Positions 48,204 through 58,338 of a stretch of 64,000 nucleotides of DNA are shown here, piece by piece; position 1 is the first letter of the stretch, and every line of letters starts with the position of its first letter. The position numbers were made by a program, and so were the translations under genes. The DNA comes from Patescibacteria group bacterium (GTDB taxonomy: Bacteria > Patescibacteriota > Minisyncoccia > Phycocordibacterales > UBA9973): the NCBI GenBank assembly GCA_028865035.1, contig JAGWLB010000004.1:1294-65293 (forward strand), read 5' to 3'. The notes under the pieces are model-generated. The model saw nothing but the letters and a program-made list of their open reading frames with translations, had not been told where the DNA came from and did no database searches.

Positions 48204-49112
48204 ATGAAAACAAAACCCAAAATTATAGTAATTCTAGGCCAAACAAGCACCGGTAAGAGTGACTTTGCTGTCCAAATAGCCAAGGAAGTAAGTGGCGAGA
48301 TTATCTCTGCTGACTCTAGACAGGTTTATAAAGGAATGAACCTAGGGGCTGGTAAGATAACTAAAAAGGAAATGAAGGGCATCCCCCATCATTTACTTGA
48401 TGTGGCTAGTCCTTCAAAAATATTCACAGTAAGTGAGTTCAAAAAAATTGCTGATAAAAAAATAGAAGAAATAATAAAAAGAGGTAAAACTCCTGTCCTC
48501 TGTGGTGGTACAGGGTTTTATATAGATGCAGTCATTGATGATATAGCACTGCCAGAAGTTCCTCCAAATAAAAAACTGAGAGAGTCGCTTGAAAACAAAA
48601 CACCATTGCAGTTATTTGCTATGCTCCAAAAACTTGATCCAACTCGAGCTAAAAATATTGATACTCAGAACAAGGTACGATTAGTCCGTGCGATAGAGGT
48701 AGCTAAGGCTATTGGCAAGGTTCCACAAAATCCAAAGAAAATTGAAAGGAAATATGAAGTGATAAAAGTGGGCCTAACCCTACCAGATAAAATATTGAAG
48801 GGTAAAATAAAAACTAGACTGCTTAATAGAATTAATAAAGGAATGCTTAGAGAAATTTCAAATCTCCACAAGCAAAGACTTTCTTGGAAACGCATGGAAA
48901 TGCTCGGATTGGAATATAGATATGGAGCACTTTATCTTCAAAAGAAAATTAGCAAGGATGAAATGATTGAGCAGATTTGCAAACAAACATGGCAATATGC
49001 CAAGCGTCAGAGAACATGGTTCAAGCGAGATAAAGCTATACTCTGGGTAAATTCTCAAGAGATTCACGAGAAGGCTAAAGCTCTAAAAATGATAAAAGTT
49101 TTTTTGAAATAA
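48204..49112 (+). CDS. miaA: tRNA dimethylallyltransferase
   Basis: GQTSTGKS, SADSRQVY, GGTGFY, YAKRQRTWF. Confidence 0.97.
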   Translation: MKTKPKIIVILGQTSTGKSDFAVQIAKEVSGEIISADSRQVYKGMNLGAGKITKKEMKGIPHHLLDVASPSKIFTVSEFKKIADKKIEEIIKRGKTPVLCGGTGFYIDAVIDDIALPEVPPNKKLRESLENKTPLQLFAMLQKLDPTRAKNIDTQNKVRLVRAIEVAKAIGKVPQNPKKIERKYEVIKVGLTLPDKILKGKIKTRLLNRINKGMLREISNLHKQRLSWKRMEMLGLEYRYGALYLQKKISKDEMIEQICKQTWQYAKRQRTWFKRDKAILWVNSQEIHEKAKALKMIKVFLK

Positions 49113-49202
49113 TTGAGCCATCTTTTGCTAATGAATTATAAATAGCAGTAGCAATTTGACTACGAAATATATTTCCTCGACAAATAAATATAACTTTTTT
49201 CA

Positions 49203-49276
49203 TGGCGGGCGATGGAGGAATCGAACCCCCACCAAAGGTTTTGGAGACCTTCGTTCTACCACTAAACTAATCGCCC
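49203..49276 (-). tRNA. tRNA-Trp(CCA)
   Basis: GGGCGAT..ATCGCCC-GCCA, loop CT-CCA-AA. Confidence 0.95.
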
Positions 49277-49332
49277 TTGTAAAACAACAAAATCCGCAAC
49301 TTGCGGAGTTATTGTAACAAAATTAAGCTCTC

Positions 49333-49497
49333 TTAACCAGTAATCTTAGCTTCTTTGTGTTTTGTGTTTTTACCACATTTTTTGCAGAATTTCTTAAGCT
49401 CGATCTTTTTAGTGACGAGTTTTTTGTTCTTGCTTGTATAGTAATTAGCGCTTTTACAAACGCTACATTTCAATCTTAAAAGTCTATCTTGTGACAT
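49333..49497 (-). CDS. rpmG: 50S ribosomal protein L33, Zn-binding type (not in ORF track)
   Basis: [44 protein letters not shown]. Confidence 0.95.
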   Translation of the reverse strand: MSQDRLLRLKCSVCKSANYYTSKNKKLVTKKIELKKFCKKCGKNTKHKEAKITG

Positions 49498-49552
49498 AGT
49501 GGGTAAAGAATACTATAAACTATACAAAAATGCAACTTTTATAAGGCTAGTT

Positions 49553-50686
49553 TTATTTAATAATTCTAGGTAATAGAGGGCTTATACGAGTAGTGACTTC
49601 GTAGTTTATAGTCTGTGTTTTAGACGCTATCTCTTCAGCAGATATTTCTTCTCCTTTCTGTGAACCAAGTATAACTACTTCGTCTTCAGTTTTTACACCC
49701 TTAATATGACTCACATCTACTACAAACATATTCATAGCAATACGTCCTATTATTTGTGCTTTTTTACCTTTAACTATAACTTCGCCATTGTTCGAAGACA
49801 ACCTACTAACACCATTTGAATACCCTTGGGGAATTATAGCTATAGTAGTTTTATTTTTTGTTTTGTAAGTTAGACCATAACCAATAAATTCTGAAGCTTC
49901 TACCTCTTTTATTTGTGCAATATGAGTGATATAACGCATCACCGGTGAAAGAGTAATTTTTTTTTGCCACATTTTTTGTAATTCTATGCTTGGCCACATA
50001 CCATACAACCCGACACCTACACGAACTATGTTATGTAATCCTCTCCACTTCTCATAAGCAAGTATTCCAGATGTAGCAGAAAGATGGGTTTTTATTTTTC
50101 TATACCCAGACCCTTTAAAAATATTAACTACATCTTCGTAAGTTTTGATTTGCAGATTTGCATGAGAGAAATCTGTAGTATCTTCTATATTTGCGAAGTG
50201 AGCATAAACACCATCAACATTTATATGCTGCATCTTTTTAATTTCTTGAATAAAAATACTGACTTGAGCTGGAATCAATCCTTCTCGCCCCAAATGAGCA
50301 TCAATAGCTATATGAACTTTCTGTTTTATATGCAAACGTTTAGCAGACTCGTTTATAAGTAGAGCATGTTCTAAATCAAAAACAGAAAGAATGCACCCGA
50401 GCTTTATAGCTTTAGGTATATCGTTTTTATCTACATAACCAAGCACGAGGATAGGTTTTTTCGTCAGTGGCCGTATTCTTACTAATTCTTCTATACTATT
50501 AATCTGAAAATAATCTACATATGGACTAAGAATTTTTACGACTTCAATATCAGAGTGGCCATAAGCATTGGCTTTGACCACTGCCGCGATCTTAGTTCCC
50601 TTTCTTACAATACGACGAAACTGCCCAATATTATGAATTAGATTTTTTTTAGAAAGTTCTACGTATGAAAGAGGAATATTTTTCAT
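49553..50686 (-). CDS. alr: alanine racemase; start moved to ATG 50686
   Basis: VVKANAYGH, VRVGVGLYG, IGRIAMN, TINYE. Confidence 0.95.
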   Translation of the reverse strand: MKNIPLSYVELSKKNLIHNIGQFRRIVRKGTKIAAVVKANAYGHSDIEVVKILSPYVDYFQINSIEELVRIRPLTKKPILVLGYVDKNDIPKAIKLGCILSVFDLEHALLINESAKRLHIKQKVHIAIDAHLGREGLIPAQVSIFIQEIKKMQHINVDGVYAHFANIEDTTDFSHANLQIKTYEDVVNIFKGSGYRKIKTHLSATSGILAYEKWRGLHNIVRVGVGLYGMWPSIELQKMWQKKITLSPVMRYITHIAQIKEVEASEFIGYGLTYKTKNKTTIAIIPQGYSNGVSRLSSNNGEVIVKGKKAQIIGRIAMNMFVVDVSHIKGVKTEDEVVILGSQKGEEISAEEIASKTQTINYEVTTRISPLLPRIIK

Positions 50687-50688
50687 TG

Positions 50689-50770
50689 TGCCGGAGGAGA
50701 GACTTGAACTCTCATCCCTTGCGAGACGCGATTTTGAGTCGCGCGCGTATACCAATTCCGCCACTCCGGC
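50689..50770 (-). tRNA. tRNA-Leu(CAA)
   Basis: GCCGGAG..CTCCGGC-A, loop CT-CAA-AA, long variable arm. Confidence 0.95.
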
Positions 50771-50929
50771 AACTAAAAGAAATATACTTCGTATTTCTTT
50801 AAAACCTAGCTACCGGAGTGGCGGTCCTCACCGCGCATGCGCTGGTAAAAAATAAAGCAGTTTATTTTTTACCCACTCCGGCCTTTTGCTTATTACGGCA
50901 ATACAAGAAATATACATTAATATAAGAAT

Positions 50930-51952
50930 TTAGACAAATTCTGGTTCGGTTTCTAACCTAATACCAAAGGTATTATAAACCTTTTCTATTATCTCATTTT
51001 TGACTTTTTCTACATCAGCAAAAGAAGCTTTGCCATTATTTACCAAAACTAAGGCGTTATTTTTATATACAGAAATCGAACCAAAGTTTTGCCCCTTCAA
51101 TCCACTATTTTCAATAAGCCAGCCTGCTGGTATTTTTGTGAATTCATTATCTACGGGATACACCACTAGGCTGGAATTATCTCTCTTTAAATTGTCAGCC
51201 AACTCTTTTTTCACGATTGGGTTTTTGAAAAATGAACCAACATTTGGAATTTCTTTAGGATTTGGCAATTTATTTTTCCTAATTTCGATTATGGCATTGC
51301 GTACTTCAGCTAAAGTTGGATTATTGATATTGTTATCAATAAAGTATTTCTTTACTCCAGGGTAGTTTGGGGTCGAGTACTTTCTTTTTAATAATCTTAG
51401 ATAAATAGCAGTAATAACATATTTACCACGTGCACTTTCCTTGAAGATACTACTTCTATAACTAAAATTACATTCCTCGTTTGAAATTGATTTAAATATT
51501 CCTTCTTTAATATCAAAAACATCTACAGACACCAGAGTATCTTTAATCTCCTGTCCGTAAGCACCAACATTTTGTACTGGTGTTGCCCCTGCACTACCAG
51601 GAATCGCTGAAAGCGCTTCGATACCAGATAAACCCATATCTACTGTACGTGCAACCACAAAATCCCAATTTTCTCCTGCCCCTATTTTTATATCAGTAAA
51701 CTTTTCTGTATCATCTACTATATCAAAGCCAAGGAACTCTATTCGTAAGGCTACTATATCCAACACACCATCCGAGAAAACCATATTCGATCCTCCTCCT
51801 AAAATACGGATTGGTAGATTTTTTTCTTTTGCGAATTTATATACTTCAACTAGCTGTCCAATATCACTAAGTTCAATAAAATATCGAAACTTCCCACCCA
51901 CCTTGAAGGTTGTAAAGTCTGAGATGTCCACATATTCTTGTATTTTGAGCAT
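50930..51952 (-). CDS. murB: UDP-N-acetylenolpyruvoylglucosamine reductase
   Basis: LGGGSN, PVQNVGAYG, GSFFKNP, LETEP. Confidence 0.96.
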   Translation of the reverse strand: MLKIQEYVDISDFTTFKVGGKFRYFIELSDIGQLVEVYKFAKEKNLPIRILGGGSNMVFSDGVLDIVALRIEFLGFDIVDDTEKFTDIKIGAGENWDFVVARTVDMGLSGIEALSAIPGSAGATPVQNVGAYGQEIKDTLVSVDVFDIKEGIFKSISNEECNFSYRSSIFKESARGKYVITAIYLRLLKRKYSTPNYPGVKKYFIDNNINNPTLAEVRNAIIEIRKNKLPNPKEIPNVGSFFKNPIVKKELADNLKRDNSSLVVYPVDNEFTKIPAGWLIENSGLKGQNFGSISVYKNNALVLVNNGKASFADVEKVKNEIIEKVYNTFGIRLETEPEFV

Positions 51953-51960
51953 ATTGCTAT

Positions 51961-51978
51961 TATATCATATATGATATA
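51961..51978. promoter_or_regulatory. perfect 18-bp palindrome between divergent murB and HTH-murA, candidate operator
   Basis: TATATCATATATGATATA, overlapping both -10 boxes. Confidence 0.65.
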
Positions 51979-51990
51979 TACTACACAAAT

Positions 51991-53499
51991 ATGAAACAAA
52001 GCGATCAACAAAAGATAGGTTTCTTTATTAAAAATTTAAGAGAACAACGAGGTTTAACGCAAGGAGCATTTGCAAAATTACTTAATACTTCACAAAGTGC
52101 AGTGGCTCGGATGGAAAAAGGTCAACAAAACTTTAGCACTGAGTTACTTTCTAAAATAAGCACAGTTCTTGAACACAAAATAGTGTCTATTAATAATTCT
52201 ATAGACTTTGAGATTGTTGGTGGTAAAAAGTTGCACGGTGCCATATCTACTGGCTATTCAAAAAATGGATCAGTGGGACTCTTGTGTGCTTCACTATTAA
52301 ACAGAGGAGTAACGATATTACACGGGATAGCAAGAATAGAAGAAGTGTACAGAGTTATAGAAATACTAGAGAGTATTGGTGTCCAAGTTAAATGGATTGA
52401 CCAAAATTCTATAGAGATAACACCACCAAAAATATTTAATCTCAAGAAGTTAAATGTAGCATCTGCAATTAGAACTCGCTCTATTATAATGCTAATAGGT
52501 CCGCTAATACACATTTTGCCTTCTTTCTCTATCCCCCATGCTTCTGGTTGCAAGCTCGGTAAACGCACAATCTCTGCACATACATACGCCCTAGAGGAAG
52601 TAGGTGTAAAAATAAAGACATTGGCAAGTAGTTATGAGGTAAAAGTTAGTAAGTTGAAGCCGGCAAATATTGTCATGTATGAGACTGGTGATACTGCCTG
52701 TGAAAATATCATAATGGCTGCATCTAAAATAAAAGGTAAAACCACGATAGAGTGTGCGAGTGGCAACTATATGGTTCAAGAAATGTGCTTCTTTTTAGAA
52801 AAGCTTGGTGTAAAAGTAGAAGGTATAGGCACAGGCACAATAACCATCCACGGTGTCAGTGAGATTGATCAAAGAGTAGAATATACAAATAGTGAGGACC
52901 CTATAGAATCAATGATGTTCATTTCAGCTGCCATTGCGACTGACTCAGAACTTACCATAAATCGTTGCCCTATAGATTTCTTGACTCTCGAATTATACAA
53001 ACTTAAAAAAATGGGACTAAAATATAAAATCCTAAAAAGATATTTCTCTAAAAATGGAAAAACTAAACTTGTCGATATAAAAATAATGCCAAGTACTCTA
53101 AAGGCTCCCGAAGATAAGATTCATGCTAATCCTTACCCTGGAATAAACATAGACAATCTCCCATTTTTCGTACCTATTGCCATACGTGCTAAGGGTACTA
53201 CTATTATTCACGATTGGTTCTACGAGAATCGCGCTATCTACGCAACTGAGTTAAATAGATTAGAGGCAAATGTCACTCTAGCTGACACTCACCGTATATA
53301 CATAACAGGCGGAACGCCACTCACAGGAGCCCAGATAGTCTGCCCACCAGCATTACGGCCATCTATGGTCATACTTATATCTATGCTTGCTTCCTCTGGC
53401 AAATCTATACTAAGAAATGTTTATATGATAAGTAGAGGTTACGAAGATGTAGCAAAACGCTTGAACTCTATAGGTGCAGATATTACAATACTGAAGTAA
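51991..53499 (+). CDS. murA: UDP-GlcNAc 1-carboxyvinyltransferase with N-terminal XRE HTH
   Basis: LREQRGLTQ..TSQSAVARMEKG HTH; SKN, GCKLGKR, RGYE. Confidence 0.93.
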   Translation: MKQSDQQKIGFFIKNLREQRGLTQGAFAKLLNTSQSAVARMEKGQQNFSTELLSKISTVLEHKIVSINNSIDFEIVGGKKLHGAISTGYSKNGSVGLLCASLLNRGVTILHGIARIEEVYRVIEILESIGVQVKWIDQNSIEITPPKIFNLKKLNVASAIRTRSIIMLIGPLIHILPSFSIPHASGCKLGKRTISAHTYALEEVGVKIKTLASSYEVKVSKLKPANIVMYETGDTACENIIMAASKIKGKTTIECASGNYMVQEMCFFLEKLGVKVEGIGTGTITIHGVSEIDQRVEYTNSEDPIESMMFISAAIATDSELTINRCPIDFLTLELYKLKKMGLKYKILKRYFSKNGKTKLVDIKIMPSTLKAPEDKIHANPYPGINIDNLPFFVPIAIRAKGTTIIHDWFYENRAIYATELNRLEANVTLADTHRIYITGGTPLTGAQIVCPPALRPSMVILISMLASSGKSILRNVYMISRGYEDVAKRLNSIGADITILK

Positions 53500-54077
53500 T
53501 GACAAAACGTGAACAGCTTGATGAGCTCAATAAATACTGGCAAGAGAATTGCGAGTGTGGTTTAAAAGTAACTGCAACACAAGCTGTTTTTGGTGATGGA
53601 AATGCAAATAGCGATATAGTATTTATCGGTGAAGCTCCAGGGAAAAATGAAGACTTACAAGGCAAACCCTTCATTGGAGCCGGAGGAAAATTCTTAGCAG
53701 AAATGCTCGAGAGTATAAAAATAAAAAGAGAAGATGTATATATTACAAACATTGTAAAATACCGTCCACCAAATAATCGTGATCCCCTGCCAGAAGAAAA
53801 AGAGGAATGTAATGAATGGCTTATGAATGAGCTACGAATTATATCACCAAAATTAATTGTCTTTTTAGGTCGCCACCCCATGGGACGGTTCTTCCCTACT
53901 GAAAAAATATCAGATATTCATGGCAAGCTTCTTATTAAGAAAATTCCAGAATTAGGAGAAAAACAAGCATTTCTAGCACTCTATCACCCTGCTGCTGCAC
54001 TCTATAACGGAGGACTACGTGAGACACTTATAAAAGATTTCAAAAAAATTCCTAAAGCGTTAGAAAAAATTTTATAA
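53499..54077 (+). CDS. uracil-DNA glycosylase family 4
   Basis: FIGEAPG, PFIGAGG, RPPNNRDP, YHPAA. Confidence 0.93.
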   Translation: MTKREQLDELNKYWQENCECGLKVTATQAVFGDGNANSDIVFIGEAPGKNEDLQGKPFIGAGGKFLAEMLESIKIKREDVYITNIVKYRPPNNRDPLPEEKEECNEWLMNELRIISPKLIVFLGRHPMGRFFPTEKISDIHGKLLIKKIPELGEKQAFLALYHPAAALYNGGLRETLIKDFKKIPKALEKIL

Positions 54078-54090
54078 TTCCTTGTGAAAA

Positions 54091-55518
54091 TTATTCTATG
54101 ATTTTCATATCTTCAGCCTTAATGTCTAAATCGTCATTAAGAGGACGATTTTTCTTCTGTAAAAGCAATACGACAACAGAAGAAGTAACAATAACTCCTA
54201 AAAATCCTGCCCATGCAAGCATTGTGTTTGACATACCATTTGTGGAAGGTATCGTACTTGCACTTGCTTCTAAGTTATCAAGATTTATAACTTCTGGAAT
54301 GTTTGCTTTCGTATTACTGACCGATTTCACAACAATATCTGATTTCGGTGTATAATTTACAATATTTGGTGCTACCGTTGGCAATGGGTAATTAGCAAAA
54401 ACTTCTCCCGTAGGACTATACAAACTCACAGAATTTATATCTTGGTCATTAAATAAAGTAACCTTGGGTGAGAACTTTAATTTCTTATTTGGTAATAAGA
54501 TAGTACCTGTCGGTATATAAAATTTATTCACAGCACCTTGGATGTACCATTTAGATAAATCTAACTCTATAGATGATTTATTTTCAATTTCAACATACGG
54601 ATCAATAGCACTTCCGACAGAACTAATAGAAACTCCACTAGGTATAACTTTTATTATAAGTCTATCAGTAGCATCGGGTGTAATATTAAAATAATTCTGG
54701 TAGTAGGATAATGTTAGAACATATTCACCTGGATATGAGTAAGTATAATCAAATGGTTTTAGTTCTTTTTCTTCTTTTGTACTACCATCGCCAAAGTTCC
54801 ATATGAATTTGCCGTATTTAAGTAACTCTTTATTGTAACCTGTAACAACTGCATTAACCGGAAATGAAACGCCTGAAGAAATAATATTTTTGACTATAAT
54901 GTTTGCAATAATTCTAGGAGCCTCAATTTCTTTCGGTTTTGCATAAGATGTTATAGTCGAATTGACTACTGTAGTACTGCTTCCACCGCTAATGGTTCCA
55001 CCTCCACTTGAGGTGACAATTACATTTTCTAAACCTGGAGTAGGAGTAGCATCAACCCAGGAACCGCCAATATTTTGCAAAGAGTTTCCATTACCTGCAC
55101 CACCCATACTTGAAGTAAAATTTACAGAGCTCACAATATTTAAATCTGGGTCTTTAAGTGCGATAGTCTCACTCTCATTATTAAACCCTGTCCAGCTACT
55201 GTCGAACAACATACCACTAAAGTTTGGCCAGTCTACTTTAAATTTTGTTGGGTTTTGAGCGATCACAGCATAACCACCAGCTTGAACCATCGACTCACCT
55301 TCTGGGGTTAATGAATGCTTTGTATTGTCTGAGAATAAATACCATTTAGATAGATCGTCTTCAGTGGAACCGGTATTCTTTACTTCTACCCACTCACGAT
55401 TAGTATCGGTACCGTCTAAGTCGTACATTATCTCTGTTATCTCGAAACCGGCAAAAGCAAGAGGCACTCTGGTAAATAATATCAGCGCTACGACAATACA
55501 ATATTTAGTGTATTTCAT
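54091..55518 (-). CDS. surface protein with lamin-tail and PKD domains, C-terminal anchor
   Basis: ITEIMYD..EWVEV, WNFGDG..YSYPGEY, second LTD, C-terminal TM. Confidence 0.85.
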   Translation of the reverse strand: MKYTKYCIVVALILFTRVPLAFAGFEITEIMYDLDGTDTNREWVEVKNTGSTEDDLSKWYLFSDNTKHSLTPEGESMVQAGGYAVIAQNPTKFKVDWPNFSGMLFDSSWTGFNNESETIALKDPDLNIVSSVNFTSSMGGAGNGNSLQNIGGSWVDATPTPGLENVIVTSSGGGTISGGSSTTVVNSTITSYAKPKEIEAPRIIANIIVKNIISSGVSFPVNAVVTGYNKELLKYGKFIWNFGDGSTKEEKELKPFDYTYSYPGEYVLTLSYYQNYFNITPDATDRLIIKVIPSGVSISSVGSAIDPYVEIENKSSIELDLSKWYIQGAVNKFYIPTGTILLPNKKLKFSPKVTLFNDQDINSVSLYSPTGEVFANYPLPTVAPNIVNYTPKSDIVVKSVSNTKANIPEVINLDNLEASASTIPSTNGMSNTMLAWAGFLGVIVTSSVVVLLLQKKNRPLNDDLDIKAEDMKIIE

Positions 55519-55528
55519 ATTTTTTAAA

Positions 55529-57691
55529 TTATTCTAATACTTTACGTAATACTTCCTCAGGGACTTCTTTACCAACTTTACGTTTTTGCCAGGTACTAGT
55601 TTTAGAATCATCTGTTTTTTGATTCTCTGGAGTTTGCACTGTAGCAATTGGTGTATCTTCTGGTTTAGGTATATCTTTATTAACTTTATCGTCTAGTATA
55701 TCCTTTGTATCTGACATAGTTGCTTTCATTAATACATCTTTTAAAGTTGCTTTTTTCTCTTCGGAAGCCTCTTTGAGTGGTATTTGATGATTTTTGTGAT
55801 CATTGTTGTTTACTTTCTTTAAAGCAGAAAGTGATATAGATGGTGGTGTAACCTTAACTTCAATCGGTTCACTTTTATGTATTGTGGTTTTATTATTAAT
55901 TTCTTTATTTTCTGCTTCAATTTTCTGGAGCAAACCTTTTAATAAAGGAGAGGGAGCGGAATGCCTATGTTCACCTGTAGTGTGTCCATTATGATGAGTG
56001 TTATGATTGGCGTGATTGTTGTGGTTGCTAGCGTGGTTGATATTATTATTACTAAAATGAGGTTTATTATTATTCTTATTGTTGGAATCTGTAATGCTTC
56101 TTTGAGAAGATTTTTGTTGCCCAAAATCAACTGGGTTATTTGTATTATTACTTGCAAACTCTATACCAAGGGCGGCTAATGGTTCGGTAGATACTTTTTC
56201 TTCCTGACGTGCAGAACGTGAAGCCACAAATCCATGTTGCGGTTTAAGTTCACCACTTTTTATTTTAAACATACAATCTTTACAGTAAACTGGCCTACCC
56301 TCCTTGGGTTCAAAAGGTACCATAGTTACTTTGCCACAATTCGAGCAATCTGCTTTATATTTAGTGTCTCCTTCACCTACCTGAAGCATACCACTCCACT
56401 TAGCAATTTCATCTTCAACTTCTTCGCGGGGGCGAGTATAAAGTTTGCGAGATGATTCTATAATCTTTTCTTTGACTCCCAAAGATTGGTCTACTGCAAT
56501 AGGAGGTAATGTTGTAGCTGAGAATGGCCGACTAGTCACTCCGTCTATCATAAGCTTTAGATATACATGATAGTTTGGTAAGTTTACTAAATCTTGAGCT
56601 GTAAATTCTGGTTCGAATTCCTTTTCTATAAACTCAGCATCATCAGCACCGACACGAAATATTGTCATTGTACCCACGTTACCAAAAACCGCATCACGAA
56701 CTGCTGTTCCATTTTCATTCGAAAGCTGAGCAGTATATTGGTGAGCGATAATAAGATTTAATCTATACTTACGCGCTTCAGACAGAATGTTTGCGAATGA
56801 GTCAGTAGCAAAATTTTGGAATTCGTCAACATACAGATAAAAATCTTTACGCTCATTCTCTGGTATACGCACACGTTCCATTGCTGCGAGTTGGATTTTG
56901 GTAATAATCATACCTCCAAGTAATGCTGAATTATCTTCACCGACACGACCTTTGGAGACATTCACCAAAAATATCTTTCCTTCATTCATAATTTTGAAGA
57001 TATCGATAGTGGACTTGGATTGACCGACAACATTACGAATAATAGAAGTAGAAAGGAATTGACCAACTTTGTTCTGGATCGGAGCTATGGCTTCATTTCT
57101 AAATTGCTCTCTCCACTGTTCGTATTCGTGCACCCAGAAAGCTTTAACTACAGGGTCTTTCAAATTACCTATTATCATCTGACGATAATCTTTATCCACC
57201 AAAAGACGTGGAATACCCAAAAGAGTAGTACCTGGAGTATCTAGCAAAGCAAGGATGGCATTGTTGAGAATGTACTCCATACGAGAACTCCAAGCATTCG
57301 CCCAAATCTTAGTAAAGATGCCCATCAAACCTGAAGCAACTAAGTGTTTATATTTTGTATCATCAAGTGCGATAACATTAAAACCAATATGATAATCAGT
57401 ATCAGCTGGATTAAAATAAATAACATCTTTCACTCGATGAGGAGGAATAAGATTAAGAATTTCTTCTACTAGTTCACCGTGAGGATCCACAACGCAAACA
57501 CCCTCACCATTGTTTATATCTTGAACAATTAGATTGGAAAGTAGTACAGACTTACCAGTACCAGACTTACCTAGTATGTACATATGCTGACGACGATCCT
57601 TGCGCTTAATGCCAAAGATATCATCAGTACTACGAAAATTCGTCCTACCGAAATAAGTTATGTCTCTATTGTGTGGAATTTCGTCGTTCAT
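55529..57691 (-). CDS. VirD4/TraD-like ATPase with CxxC-x17-CxxC domain and low-complexity tail
   Basis: GKSGTGKS, DPHGEL, LYVDEFQN, SEARKY; CSNC..VPFEP..RPVYCKDC. Confidence 0.88.
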   Translation of the reverse strand: MNDEIPHNRDITYFGRTNFRSTDDIFGIKRKDRRQHMYILGKSGTGKSVLLSNLIVQDINNGEGVCVVDPHGELVEEILNLIPPHRVKDVIYFNPADTDYHIGFNVIALDDTKYKHLVASGLMGIFTKIWANAWSSRMEYILNNAILALLDTPGTTLLGIPRLLVDKDYRQMIIGNLKDPVVKAFWVHEYEQWREQFRNEAIAPIQNKVGQFLSTSIIRNVVGQSKSTIDIFKIMNEGKIFLVNVSKGRVGEDNSALLGGMIITKIQLAAMERVRIPENERKDFYLYVDEFQNFATDSFANILSEARKYRLNLIIAHQYTAQLSNENGTAVRDAVFGNVGTMTIFRVGADDAEFIEKEFEPEFTAQDLVNLPNYHVYLKLMIDGVTSRPFSATTLPPIAVDQSLGVKEKIIESSRKLYTRPREEVEDEIAKWSGMLQVGEGDTKYKADCSNCGKVTMVPFEPKEGRPVYCKDCMFKIKSGELKPQHGFVASRSARQEEKVSTEPLAALGIEFASNNTNNPVDFGQQKSSQRSITDSNNKNNNKPHFSNNNINHASNHNNHANHNTHHNGHTTGEHRHSAPSPLLKGLLQKIEAENKEINNKTTIHKSEPIEVKVTPPSISLSALKKVNNNDHKNHQIPLKEASEEKKATLKDVLMKATMSDTKDILDDKVNKDIPKPEDTPIATVQTPENQKTDDSKTSTWQKRKVGKEVPEEVLRKVLE

Positions 57692-57744
57692 GTATTAGCT
57701 TTATTATACAAAATATATACTACAAATGCTATAATCTGTGAGTT

Positions 57745-58335
57745 ATGATTCCTGAATATTTTGCATACCTTACAATAATTCTTGGCCTTATTGGTGTATT
57801 TTTTTATATTAAAGATACTTTTCTTGGTAATACAAAACCTAACAGAGTTTCTTGGATATTTTGGACAATTGCACCATTCGTAGGAGTATACGTCGCTTAT
57901 AAATCTGGAGTTGCTTTACCATTACTTATATCGACTTTTATGGCAGGGTTCGGACCGCTTCTTGTTGTTATTGCTTCATTCTTTAATAAAAATTCCTACT
58001 GGAGAACAACAGTCTTTGATATCGTATGCGGATTGCTATCATTTTTTGCAATAATTATTTGGATAACGACCAAAAATGGAATAATTGCACTTTCTTTTGC
58101 AATACTTGCAGATTTGTTTGCTGGATTACCTACAATAATTAAATCGTGGATACATAGCGAAACAGAAAGTATTGGACCATATTTCTATGGTGTTATTAAT
58201 CAGATTATTACATTTTTAATTATTAAGAATTTTACTTTCCTAAACTTCTCTTTCCCACTTTATCTAGTAATAGCAAATGTATTAATAATTATAGGAATAA
58301 AAAGAAAGTCATTTTTTAAAAAACAATTATCTTAA
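57745..58335 (+). CDS. multi-pass membrane protein
   Basis: TKPNRVSW, PTIIKSW..SETE; ~6 TMs. Confidence 0.8.
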   Translation: MIPEYFAYLTIILGLIGVFFYIKDTFLGNTKPNRVSWIFWTIAPFVGVYVAYKSGVALPLLISTFMAGFGPLLVVIASFFNKNSYWRTTVFDIVCGLLSFFAIIIWITTKNGIIALSFAILADLFAGLPTIIKSWIHSETESIGPYFYGVINQIITFLIIKNFTFLNFSFPLYLVIANVLIIIGIKRKSFFKKQLS

Positions 58336-58338
58336 TTT

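Noticed and set aside
50687-50764. 26-aa N-terminal extension of Alr in the ORF track
   Set aside because: It runs through tRNA-Leu; the real start is ATG 50686.
53499-54077. UDG with KYRPP instead of KCRPP (one Fe-S cysteine missing)
   Set aside because: Catalytic motifs are intact; a minor variant with too little evidence to claim novelty.
55960-56160. Repetitive ATT/GTG-rich DNA
   Set aside because: Encodes the His/Asn low-complexity tail; not a CRISPR or tandem array.
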